From the NCBI RefSeq assembly GCF_018350175.1, contig NC_058368.1:158350001-158414000 (forward strand): a DNA stretch of 64,000 bases. The letters run 5' to 3'. This stretch comes from Felis catus. Taxonomy: Eukaryota. The translations under genes and the position numbers were made by a program. A model generated the notes under the pieces. The model searched no databases, was not told where the DNA came from, and saw only the letters and a program-made list of their open reading frames with translations. Shown here in pieces: positions 10,180-21,400 of this stretch (position 1 is its first letter; the number at the start of each line of letters is the position of its first letter).

Positions 10180-12538
10180 ACTAAATTTCTTTTCAATACC
10201 CCAGATGGTTGCAAACTAACTCATATCTGGTACATGAGGATTAATAATATGAATGGGACAAAGCAAACCTGAGATTGGTGGTTTCACTAAGAGGTAGTCC
10301 ACCTGACCATAAATACAGATTTGAGAATTATCTAGAAATACAATGTCTAATTTTTTTTTTTTTCCTGTGGGAAAACATGTAACCATGTACAGCTTAAATA
10401 CAGCCTCTATTTTCCTAAAAAACTGAAAGTAACCCATGCTTGGGCCTGACATGGCAAAGCTTCCTCCAAACTCTGATTTGCTTCATTGGAATCAGCTTTA
10501 AGTGCAATCAGGGAGAAGCCTTGCAGTGGGGTGGGGGTGATGGTGGTATAGTCTAAGAGGTCTGCTTCCAAAAAGGGAAGTGTAATACCTCAGGCAACAC
10601 ACAGCACTGGGGTGTGAGCTTGGAGAACAAGAACAAGAGGAGAACCAGCCTGGGAAATTCCATGTTAACACATGCATTTTTCCTGAAATCTTATTTCTAC
10701 CTCTATTTCGGTGCCCTTGTGCTTCTTTTTAATACCAACCAACCACCAGTTACGTGTGTGTGATGGCCACTCTTTGCTCACTTAAGTCCTGACTCTGATA
10801 GTCGACCCAGGTTTACTCTGGAAAAAACTCCAAATTACCTCTTCTTTTTAAATGCCTTCTGCCCTAGTCAAAATTTTCATTCCTGAAGTTGTGCTATTTA
10901 CTAGGAAATTGCAGAGGAAATTTTAATAATTAATTAATTAAAGTTAATTAACCTTTAAGTGTGATTAAATCTTGCCCACTGCCCAAACAATTCAATATTC
11001 CAATGGTCTATTTGCTTTTCCAGCCACTGAAATGATCCTTTGAGACCCCATTGTCCTTCCCCCAAACTCCAGGTCTGCAGCCTGAGTTCAGGCTGATCCT
11101 ATAAGATTTCTGCCAATGGGAGGGCTTTCCTGTCCAAGAGGCAAGATTACATTAGAGATTTTCCTCTCCTAGAGGTCTTAGATACCTATGGATTTAGCTC
11201 CACCATCCTTGTGAAGCCTTTGGAGCTCCTAGCCTACCTCCTGAAAACCTACAAGTTTCTCCACCAATCTTTTTTGGTCATCAGTATTCCCCTTGATTCC
11301 ATCTTATCTCTGTGCTTTATTCTCTTAAAGCTGTGATTCTGTAATTAGAGAACACATTCCCATCCCAGGGATGGAATGTTAATTGGAACCACCATGTTCT
11401 CTATCTCAAATTTATATCAGAAAAACAGCACAATTGTTTCCTGTGTTTTCATATACAAATGTGGGTGGAGTAGACAGAAGTTCTTAGCTGGCAGAAATTT
11501 GCAGAAGAGTGCTCTTCACAGAACAGAGCACAGCCCTCTGAGGGGGGCTGTCAGAATCTTGTTTGAGGAAGGGATTTTTATGGTATTCAGTGGGGGAGGG
11601 GCTCTACAGAGTTTTTAGAGTTGCAAGGTACTGTCCTAGATGCTGGCTGTGGCTCTCAGAGTCCCTATGTGCTAAGATTTTGCCTCCTTGGTCAGCACAG
11701 GAAGGAGCTGGTATACCCTTGAAGACTCTGGGCCAAGTCAGTTCCACCTGAGTGTCATCCACAGTGAGCTCTCTGAACAAAGCCTGCGTGTGCTTTAGGA
11801 GCTGATGTGCACCAGTTGCAGAATGATAGCCCTGCAGATGAGTTTTTCTGAGCTGCCAGAATCAGCTTAGAGTTAGGGGCACTTACTGAGTAGCTTTATT
11901 CATTTGGCACGGCCATTTTCTCACCACTTTTGAAAATCAGATGGAACACTGTCCATATTTGCTTTGGTATTGAAGGATAATGGTTTCCTTAAAGGGAACT
12001 GAGCTATCTATCACTACTTACCTCTTATACCATGATATTCCAAAAAGATTACTTTTTTTTTTCTGTCAGCCCAATTTTATGCATATAGTTACAAATTATA
12101 TAGCTAGTATTAGTTTATCATATATAGACATTATAGAAAATAACTATATACTAGAAATATGGCCTTATTTGACAAAGTGTTCCCTTTAAAATCCTTTCAA
12201 AAGGTCATAAGACAAAATGAAGGCAAAAGCACTTTGGGAAGCGCACTCTCGTTTAAACCTGCCCTGATTCCTTACACAGTTTCCCTCCTGTCAATATCAA
12301 TGACCTGGAATGAGACTTGTGTTGAAATCTTCCTAGTTTTAGGGACAGTTTCTTCCTTGGCTACAAATAAATTGTTGCTTGAAACAAAAGGATAGCTTGG
12401 GAATGAAATAAGAAAAGTCATGCAATAAACCAAATAACACAGGTGACCTGAATGTTGATAGCTGTCACTGGGGCAATGCAAGGCACAGCCTATCAACAGA
12501 CGTTTCCTGTGAGTAGATATACAGGAGTTCAGACTCAC

Positions 12539-12677
12539 CAGTGGCATATTGGAGATGGACAGGTGCCTTGGCTCCCTTCTGATCTTGACTGAAAAATTTG
12601 CTTTGAAGGAAGGTTCATCAAAGCAGGGAAAGGCCATCCGGGCTGCAGTAGGTTCAAAATGTGTTGATGCAAGTACT
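12539..12677 (-). CDS. ERAP1: ERAP1 exon 3
   Basis: ttttag|A GTA CTT... encodes (R)[46 protein letters not shown], then |gtgagt. 139 nt; restores frame after exon 2. Confidence 0.97.
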
Positions 12678-12819
12678 CTAAAATTATGGCAAGTGAAATA
12701 AAAATATAATATAAAGCACCAGGGACTCCAAAATAGATGTATGTTTGGTTTTTAATTCCTAAAGATACCACACGATTATTGATTTCACTACTAAAACAAA
12801 TGTTTCAACAAAAGTTATC

Positions 12820-13520
12820 ATGAACTAAGTAAAAAGACAAGTAAAAATCTGGGAAAATTAATTGCAAGTTATCTGACAAAGGGTTAATAGCCTTGACAGA
12901 CAATGAACACTTAAAAATGAGTAAGAGTATATGCAACAACCATGTGGAATAGCAGGCAGGTCATAAACAGGCAATTCACTGAGAAAGGGCCTATAAATAG
13001 TCAATAAACATATCAAAAACTGCCCAGCTTCCTCAATAACCAATGAAATGTAAATTAAAGAGACATACCTGTTGGCTTTTTGGTTCTAAAAGGATTGCCC
13101 AGATACATTATTGGTTAGGGATGAGGATTGTGGCAAGGAATATCAAAAGACTGTAGACCCTTTAACTTAGCAATTTTGTTTATAGGCATTTATTCCAAGG
13201 AAATGATTTTCAAAGATACTGCTATTGCTGAAAAGGTGGAAACATCCATCATGGTGGATTAGTTAAATCAATGCAAAACATACATTTTAATAAAGTCATT
13301 AAAATGATGTATAGGAATAGTCATTCATATGAAACATCTCCTCAACATATTAAAATAAAATTCCTTATACAACAGAAAATATAACATAGCTCCACTTACA
13401 TAATGTATAACCATATCCAAAAAGAAGTCTAGAAGGATGATCCCCAAAATAAAAGTAGTGGTTATCACTAGGGGCCATAATAGGGATAAAATTGACTTTT
13501 CAAAACATTCTTTTTGGTAG
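12820..13520 (+). mobile_element. Ancient L1 3' fragment (L1M-type)
   Basis: Degenerate L1 3' motifs such as tatctgacaaagggttaata and aataaacatatcaaaaactgcccagcttcc. Confidence 0.55.
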
Positions 13521-13726
13521 CATCTGACCTTTTTTTAACCTCAAAAGAATAATATGGAATCAGAAGAATAAGTGACTATAATCTACTAGCAAATAAAATT
13601 TGATTTTAAAATTCAGCATAAGATCTCCCCAAATAGATTATAGCTTCTTAAAAACAGAACAATAGAAAGGCAGGTGAGGATCTCTAAAAAGAGTTTTAAC
13701 TGAGAAAAAAAACTTTTCTTATAGGC

Positions 13727-14140
13727 TGTATGGGATGAATTACATCCTCCAAAAATATGTTGAAGTCTTAATCCCTAGTATCTGTGAATGTGATTTCATT
13801 TGGAAATAGGGTCTTTGCAGATGTAATCAAATTAAGATGAGGCCATCAGGTTGGGCCCTAATAAGACCAGTGTCCTTACAAGAAGAGGGAAGCTGGGGGA
13901 ATGGCTATGTGACAGCAGAAGCCAAGTCCAGACTGATGTAGCTGCAAGCCAAGAAATGCCAACAAAGGAGGGCCACCACAGACTAGAGAGAGGGAGGGAA
14001 GGATTCTTCTCAGAGATGTAGAGAGTGTAGCCCTGGATTTTGAATTTCTGGCCTCCAGAACTGTGAGAGAATAAATTTTTGTTGTGTTAAGGCACTCAGT
14101 TTATGATACATTGTTACAGCAGCTGTAGAAAACTAATACA
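13727..14140 (+). mobile_element. MaLR solo LTR (MLT1-like)
   Basis: TG...CA ends; diagnostic tttggaaatagggtctttgcagatgtaat and gcctccagaactgtgagagaataaat; flanks taggc/tagac. Confidence 0.88.
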
Positions 14141-14433
14141 TAGACGGAGAGAATTAAAAACATTTATTATATGCCAGAAATCTAACTAAATAAACAAACA
14201 GGTACTTTGACAGAGCTGAAGGAAAGAAAACTGGTTAAAACAGAATGAAACGTGACATCCAAAAACACAAAAAAGAATCTACTGGCCATGTTTAGCTGTA
14301 TAAATGAAACGCAAAATCAAAACAAGGAAAAGCATTCAACGATCAAGGGAGTTTTAAGAGATAATCCATATGAAATCATAAATTTAGTATGGGGGCAGCA
14401 CTTGAAGTTTTTAAAAAAATAGAAAAAAAGTAC

Positions 14434-14960
14434 CTTACTTCCCCTTCCTTGGTTCTGTAGGTGCTTTTATAAAATCCATTTAAATGCTCAGAAAGGGTGC
14501 CAGCATAGTCAATGACAACTGTGTACAGGAGCCCAACAACCAGAGGCTCGGGAGCCAGAAGTGCGATTTGCTCATGAAGCGGGTATTCCAGGACTCTCAA
14601 CGGTTCTGCAGTCAGTCTCTCTCCAACTCTCTTCCTGAGGGTGGCCTTAGATATTTGCAGGTGGTGACTATGCAGGATGATGGTAGTGGTAGGCTGGCTG
14701 GCTGTGATTTCTATTTGAGTGGTTCCCTCGAAAGTCAGAGTGGTGAGATTTGCATGGATCATGAGATCATAATGAACCGGGCTGATGTGCTCAGGAAGTC
14801 GAATTTTATCCCAAGGGAATGGTGACCCATTACTAGCTTTTGGAGACGAGGTGTCACTGCTCTGACACCAGGAAGGAGTTGACACAGTTAAGAGAATCAA
14901 CAGTGAGGACAGTAGAAGCGGCATGGTTCCAAGTGGCCATTTGACGGACAGAGATATCAT
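14434..14960 (-). CDS. ERAP1: ERAP1 first coding exon (exon 2): signal sequence and start of domain I
   Basis: ATG at 14960 gives MISLSVKWPLGTMPLLLSSLL...FPWDKIRLPEHISPVHYDLMIHANLTTLTF...GFYKSTYRTKEGEV, closely matching the human ERAP1 N-terminus. Acceptor ccactag| puts the exon start at 14977; donor AG|gtactt follows 14434. 527 coding nt, phase 2. Confidence 0.97.
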
Positions 14961-15354
14961 CTTCTTGCTCACACTACCTAGTGGCACAAATGTATAAAAG
15001 GCCCCCCACCCCAAGGAAAAAAAAATTGAGTCACTAAAATATTATCAAGATTGCATAGTTTCACATTGTATCTACCCAGGATTAACAGATACAGATACAA
15101 ACTTTCAAAAGGTTTAGGTCTTTTCCCGAAAGTAAAATTACCTTCCCTATGTTACTGATTCATAGAAGAAAGAAGTTTATGGTTAGCACCAATCTTAATA
15201 TCTATTTAAAAAGTATCATTTAGCTTTACAAATTTAAATGAACTCTATCATTCAGGGTTCTTGGTTGGAGAACAAGCTCACTAAGTAGTTCATCAAATGT
15301 GTCACAGAGTTGTCAGGATATTTGGGAAAACAGCCCCATAAAACAGCAAAGATT

Positions 15355-15570
15355 GGGGCGCCTGGGTGGCTCAGTCGGTTGAGCATCTGACTTCATCTCA
15401 GGTCACGATCTCGTGGTCAGTGGGTTCAAGCCCTGCATCAGGCTCTGTGCTGACAGCTCGAAGTCTGGAGCCTGCTTCAGATTCGGTCTCCTCTCTGCCG
15501 CTTCCCCACTCACAATCTCTCTCTCTCAAAAATGAAACAATGTTTAAAAACATGTTTAAATAAATATATA
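15355..15570 (+). mobile_element. Can-SINE
   Basis: Head ggggcgcctgggtggctcagtcggtt, (CT)n tract, A-rich tail. Confidence 0.92.
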
Positions 15571-16880
15571 AAACAGGCAAAGATGGACACCAGAACCGTA
15601 TCAGAGAAACTGGCCAGGTGACCACTCCCACCCACACTGGACCCACACTGGACCCACACTGGAGGAAGCCACCCTTCTGCCTAGGGATCAGACGCTGGCC
15701 ACTGTTGCAGCCACTGCCAATGTGAGGTCTCTGCTGCCCCTGCAATTTGGCAATACTTCTTTCAGCTGAGGTCAGGTATCCACACTGCCCACCCGTCAGG
15801 GAGGCGGAAAAAGCAAAAATCTGGATTTCACAGCTTCTGCAGGAAGGGACAGGTCTGGCTCCCCACCAAGCTTACAAAGTAGAGAATTACTAACATAGAG
15901 GAAGCATAGGAAGGAGACACAGATGCTGAGTGGCCAGGACTGTGGGGAGGCAAGTATCCCTAACAGTAACCTTCAATAACAGCGGCCGGCATCTTTGTCA
16001 AATTGTCATACCAAAAGTTAATCTAATATTAATTAAGCCAGGAATGACTTAAAGAGTTCACACCAATAGTCTGTGATAAACATAGCAATCCCCAGGATTC
16101 TCTCTTGTAATTATTTAACAAATATATGTTGAATGCCTGCTACATACAAGGCCATATGCTGAGTACTGTGTGGGATAAAATAATACACAACACAAATCCC
16201 ACAATCAAGGACTTCAAAATCTGGAAAGGCAGGAAACATTCATACACAATGAAATGCAACAGAGAAAGTGTGGAGCATTTTAGGAATAATAATAAAAGAC
16301 AGTGCTGGGGGAGAAGGGAGAGAGTGACTTTGGCTGCACAGTGACTTTGGGATTCCTTCCTGCAAGACCAGCATTGGAGCATGGTTTGGAAGGAAGGGTT
16401 GGATTTGAAAATGAAGGGAGGGCATTAAAGGCACTGAAGGAAGAGGAAACCAGGGCGGGAGTTAAAGCACAAAGGGAGAAAGTGGAGGGCTGGCTGGGCA
16501 ATCAATGTGGACAAAAGAAACCCTAGGAGAACTGCATGCATAATGATTATTCACAAGGCAAGGAGAGAAGTGACTCCAAATGACGCTCAAAGCACACTGG
16601 GAGTCATTCTGCAGACTGTATTTTGTACTTTATTTTAAAGGTCATAGGACACAAAAGGAATGTGAATTTTAAGAGAGTAGGCAAGCACGCCTGAGAACTG
16701 AGCATATTTCTCTTAGACAGAAACGCCTCTCTAATGGGTGTTTGCCAGGAAAGGATCCCTGCCAGATGAGTCCAGGTAAGTGATCCTAATTCCCCCAAAC
16801 TCCTCTGGCTCCTGAATATACAGATCACATAAGAAAAGTAGTGACGCTACAATGTGGTACATGGGATTCTACCTCTGTAT

Positions 16881-17058
16881 CAGCGGTTCTCAACTCCAGC
16901 TGCATATTAACATCACCTAGGAGGCTTTTAAAATGACGGGTGCCTGGATCCCTGTCTAGAATAATTAAACTGAAATCTATGATGATGAGGTCAGGGCATC
17001 GGAATTTTTAAAAACCTTCATCTAGAGATTCTCCTGGAGAGCCAAGTTGAGAACCTCC
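16881..17058. mobile_element. hAT-Charlie MITE, MER5A-like
   Basis: Inverted ends cagcggttctcaact ... agttgagaacc; about 180 bp. Confidence 0.75.
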
Positions 17059-17425
17059 TAGATAATCCTTGGCAAACCCTGGTCTCACCCCTTGAACCCT
17101 ACACAGAGGGATATAACTTCAAGGTAATAACTGATGCACTGTCCCCAGGCCCTCATCGTCCATCCTGCTCCCCTCCCAAACACACATTTAAAGGTGCCTA
17201 AATCTGCCTTCCCCACAGAAAGGGTACCAACACAGCAGAGACAATCACTCACAGAGGCACAAGAGAAGACAGAATCAAAGGTTCACGCCCATTCTAAGAA
17301 CAGGTTTTTTTGTTTGTTCACGTGTTTCTTGTTTTGTGTGTGTGTGTGTGTGCATGTAGGAGCCAGCTACAGGATGCTTCCAGCCATTGAGAAGTGAAGC
17401 AATTTGAAGGAGAAGAGTAAAGTTT

Positions 17426-17632
17426 TTTTATTTATTTATTTATTTTTGGGACAGAGAGAGACAGAGCATGAACGGGGGAGGGCCAGAGAGAGAGGGAGAC
17501 ACAGAATCGGAAACAGGCTCCAGGCTCTGAGCCATCAGCCCAGAGCCCGACGCGGGGCTCAAACTCCCGGACCGCGAGATCGTGACCTGGCTGAAGTCGG
17601 ACGCTTAACCGACTGCGCCACCCAGGCGCCCC
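17426..17632 (-). mobile_element. Young Can-SINE (SINEC_Fc)
   Basis: CpG-rich; perfect 16-bp TSD GAGAAGAGTAAAGTTT. Confidence 0.96.
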
Positions 17633-18378
17633 GAGAAGAGTAAAGTTTAACACCAAAGCGGTAAAGAGTGCCCACTTCTACTTCCTCAGGCAGAATTCCA
17701 GCGCAGGGGCAAAATGATGGATTCCTTTTGAAGTTGGGAGAGCAGAAATAAAGGGAATTTGTGTGATGCTTCCATTTTGAATTTCTGATGGCAGTAGCTT
17801 TGTGGATGTTACCTGTACCCCCAAGATGGTAGAGAGTGCATTGAAGGTGTCAGGTTTGGGCATGGGAAGACTCCAAAAGTCCCCAAGTGGTCTCTAAAAG
17901 TCCAGGAGGAAATCTAAAATTTCCAACTGGTTCTGAGCTGACAGCAAGGTCTACAGGCTGCTGAAGGAATTGGCAGGGAGACCTCATATCAAAGGCTTTG
18001 CAAGGTTGAGTCGATGAGGGGAGGGGGTCAAAGAGAACATGGCTGTGTCTCAAAGGGGGATGTAATGCCAAAAATGGAACATGTAATGTAGACAGCATAA
18101 ATGTGAGAATACAGATGGACATATCTCTAACTATTGCTATATCAATAATATATAATGCTTACTGTCAGATAATATATATTACACTTACAGTAAGATAATG
18201 ATATATATTACACTTACAGTAAAGAAAGAGAAAACCTGACTTTGAGTTCCTCCTCTGCCACATACTTACTGTATGACCTTGGACAGGTTATTTAATCCCA
18301 GTTTTGTTTTGTTTGTGTGTAAGTTGAGATAATACCTCGCTCATAACATTGTTGTAAAGACTGAGTTAAAATATCTTC

Positions 18379-18587
18379 TTTTTTTTAATGTTTATTTTTG
18401 AGAGAGAGAGAGAGAGCACAAGCAGGGGAGGGGCAGAGAGAGAGAGACAGACAGACAGACTCCAAAACAGGCTCCAGGCTCTGAGCTATCAGCACAGAAC
18501 CCAATGTGGGGCTTGAACTCACCAACTGCAAGATCATGACCTGAGCTGAAGTCAGACACTTAACCCACTGAACCACCCTGGCTCCCC
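18379..18587 (-). mobile_element. Can-SINE inserted in a MIR remnant
   Basis: SINE body on minus strand; upstream MIR motifs tgaccttggacaggttatttaa. Confidence 0.9.
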
Positions 18588-18609
18588 TAGACTGTGTTAA
18601 AATATTTTC

Positions 18610-19780
18610 AATCGTTCATTTGACAAATATTTATTGAGGGCTTATTATATGCCAAGGATTTTGCTGGACACTGGCAATGTAAGATAGCACGCATCCTCTT
18701 CCTCAAAGAGCTTATGGAACTGGGATGGGAGGAATTTTTCCCCATGATTAGGGCTATGTAGGAAAAACCCACACATATGAAAAAGAGAATAGCAGGGCAG
18801 ACCGATTTATATTGGGGCTCTCTGAGGATATTTTAGCTGAGATTTCAAGGACAAATTCAAACTAGCTAAGAAAAGAGGGAGAAGGAGAGTTTTCCAGAGA
18901 GGAAACAGCAAGCATATTTGCAGGCTCTCAGACAGTAGAGAGTGCTGGTTATAAAGGCTAGTGAACCTGAAAAGGGCCACATGGGACCAGACCACCATGT
19001 GGACTGTAGACATGTTAAAGATTTGGGATCCTATCCTAAGTACTAAGTACTAAGTATCCTAAGTACGATAAGAAGCCACTGGGTTTTGAGCTAGAAGGTC
19101 TTAGGATCCAGTTCACATTTTTAAAAGCTGCGTGGAACAAGAAAGGAGCATGAGTAAAGGCCAAGGAACCAGTTAGATAGTAGTCTCAACAGGGGTGGCT
19201 GGGTGGCTCAGTCAGTTAAGGTTCCAGCTCTTGATTTCAGCTCAGGTCATGATCCCAAGGTTTGTGAGTTCAAGTCCCACATGGGGCTCTGCACTGACAG
19301 TGCAGAACCTGCTTGGGATTCTCTCTCTCTCTCCATCTCTCTCTCTCTCTCTCTCTTTGTTCCTCCCCTGGCTTGTGCTCCCTCTCTCAAAATAAATAAA
19401 CTTTAAAAAAAAGAAAAGAAAGTAGTCTCAATAAAATAAGCTAGTGGCTTGTACTTTACTGGCGTCACCAGAAAAAGGGGAAGGAGTGACAGAAGGGAGG
19501 GGAGAGACAGAGAGATGGATGTACTCAACATCTACACTTGGGGTGAACCAGAAGTGGGGGGTAGACATAAAGAACACATCAGAATGGTGCCAGGTTTCTA
19601 TAATGAACATCTGGTTAGTCATACATGCCATTTGCTGAGATGGAGAAGACCAGAGGTGCAAGTTTTCAAAGGAGGAGAGGGAATGAAGGGTTCGCTTTTT
19701 AATGTTTAATTTGTGATGTCTCTGAGACATCCAAGGGAAAATATCAAGCAGGTAGATGAACACACAGGTTTAGAGCCCAG
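18610..19780 (-). mobile_element. L2 LINE remnant interrupted by a SINE
   Basis: ttcatttgacaaatatttattgag terminus and tgagacatccaagggaaaatatcaagcaggtag motif. Confidence 0.6.
19192..19420 (+). mobile_element. Can-SINE
   Basis: SINE head, (CT)n, tail; TSD agtagtctcaa. Confidence 0.92.
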
Positions 19781-19977
19781 AGATAAAAGTTTTCAAGGAC
19801 TTTCCTGTACTTTACTGCATTTCTTTAAAGTTTTAAAAAGTATCTTCCTTTGGCATCTGATCTTACTAAATAAAGCATGTTTCAACAGCCAATGCTGTAG
19901 ATGAAAGTGCAACAGTAACAGAGTACCTAACATTACTTCACTGCCAGGAAGTTACTTTAGAACCTTATTTGGAGAAA

Positions 19978-20088
19978 AAAAAAGAAAAGAAAAGAAAAGA
20001 AAAGAAAAGAAAAGAAAAGAAAAGAAAAGAAAAGAAAAGAAAAGAAAAGAAAAGAAAAGAGAAAGAAAAGAAAAAAGAAAAGAAAGAA
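19978..20088. repeat. (GAAAA)n pentanucleotide repeat
   Basis: Long purine-only run in ERAP1 intron 1. Confidence 0.96.
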
Positions 20089-21290
20089 ACCTTACTTAGG
20101 TTCCCTTTGCTGATCAGGACTTTTCCCACTCACAAAGAAGTCAGGGACAACTGATCCTGGGTGACTACACCCTTCCCTTTATTGAACGCCACTCAATGTG
20201 AAATCTATCATCAAGAGGCAATGGGACTTTCTTCCAAAATGTCCTGAACAATTAAATTAACAAGCATTGATAACAGTTGGTCACTGTTGGTAACAATAAA
20301 AATGCTGAATTAACTTGAATTTTTTTTTTTAACCAATTAAAATTTTTCTGTTTAGGCCCACCTGAAAATGTGCTGTGTATCCGTACAATTCCAAATCTTT
20401 GGGAAAAGAAACAACACTGGCCATTTTTTTTTTTTTTAACGTTTTTGTTCTTGTTTATGATTGTTGACCACATCCTGAGTTGAGAGCAAATTCTCTGGGC
20501 ATTCACCAGAAAACTGAGCATTTCCTTCTGAACCTGGCCTACACAAAGAACCTTCCAGAAAACGCTAAGGAAGTGTCTTTTCTTCTCCTTCCGTGAAATT
20601 AACGTGCAGGCCCACCTGGCGAGTGAGGCACCCAAACAGGCAACTTTAATTTGCTCAAACAGGACAGCTTTATCTGAATACAACTCGGCTAGAGCCAGAG
20701 TGAAGGGAAGACAGTGGCTGGGAGCCAGTACAAGACAAGCAGGGAAAAAACTGTTCTTGACATTTATGCACTCTGATCCTTCAACACACCCAACCCAGCA
20801 GTTAACCCAAAGCCACGTTCTTTTCTACGGTAACTATCCCCAGGGGACCCCTCTCGGCCAAACCCGCGTCCACCCCGCCCCTCCCCTCCACTTGGCCCTA
20901 CTTGGAAGCCGGGTGGACTTGGAGTTTGGCAGGAACCCAGCCGCGAGGCGGAGCACCGACGAGGCTCCCGCCTTCCAGGAAGAGGGGGGCCGAGAGCGCG
21001 CGGAGTAGGAGTACCGGCCCTGCGCCCCCTGCCTTCTCCTGGCCCAGAAGGACCCGAGCGGGACCCGCAGGCCGCGGAGCCCGCCGCCCTCCCCGCGGAC
21101 GCGGGCCCGGGCCCCGCAACAACCCCCGGCCCCGCGTTCCCACGCGCCTCGCCGCCCTCCGCCCCGCGCCCTCGGGCCTCCCCGGCGAGCGCGCGGAGGC
21201 TGCTCTTCTGTAGCCCCGCAGCCCGCTCCCCGAGGGGTGTCCTGGGGACGGGCGCGCTGTACCTGGTGGTCCGCAACCGAGCCGACTCAC

Positions 21291-21400
21291 CCTGGCGCCG
21301 CTGCCGCCTGCCTCGCCTACCCCGGAACAGAAAGTGAAAGCGAGGCCGGGGCAGAGGCAGGCGGGCGCGAGGTGCGCAGCTGCCTGCGCTCTCCCGGCAG
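21291..21400 (-). other. ERAP1: ERAP1 non-coding exon 1 (5' boundary approximate; alternative donors)
   Basis: Minus-strand donor motifs inside the island: GG|gtaggc (exon end 21321), GG|gtgagt (21291) and CAG|gtacag (21263). Exon 2 has an acceptor 17 nt before the ATG, so an upstream exon is expected. Confidence 0.65.
21324..21341 (+). promoter_or_regulatory. ISRE/IRF-E fused to an Ets-IRF composite element
   Basis: GGAACAGAAAGTGAAAGC fits GGAAnnGAAA plus GAAAnnGAAA; ERAP1 is an established interferon-gamma-inducible gene. Confidence 0.8.

Noticed and set aside
14484..14825. 113-aa ORF antisense to ERAP1 exon 2
   Set aside because: Shadow ORF of a coding exon with no independent support.
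14961..15014. N-terminal extension MGWGAFYTFVPLGSVSKK in the ORF track
   Set aside because: Non-ATG start lying in intron 1, upstream of the acceptor at 14978-14979; homology begins at ATG 14960.
15355..15440. tRNA-like A/B boxes
   Set aside because: tRNA-derived SINE heads rather than true tRNA genes.
15631..15663. Three tandem copies of CCCACACTGGA (similar micro-tandems near 19036, 28895 and 63190)
   Set aside because: Spacerless slippage repeats; not CRISPR-like and no evidence of function.
17404..17656. Recurrent ORFs such as ...GQRETEHERGR... and MAQSV...SLEPASDSVS
   Set aside because: These are translations of Can-SINEs, not genes.
19969..20154. Lys/Arg/Glu-rich ORF
   Set aside because: Translation of the (GAAAA)n microsatellite.
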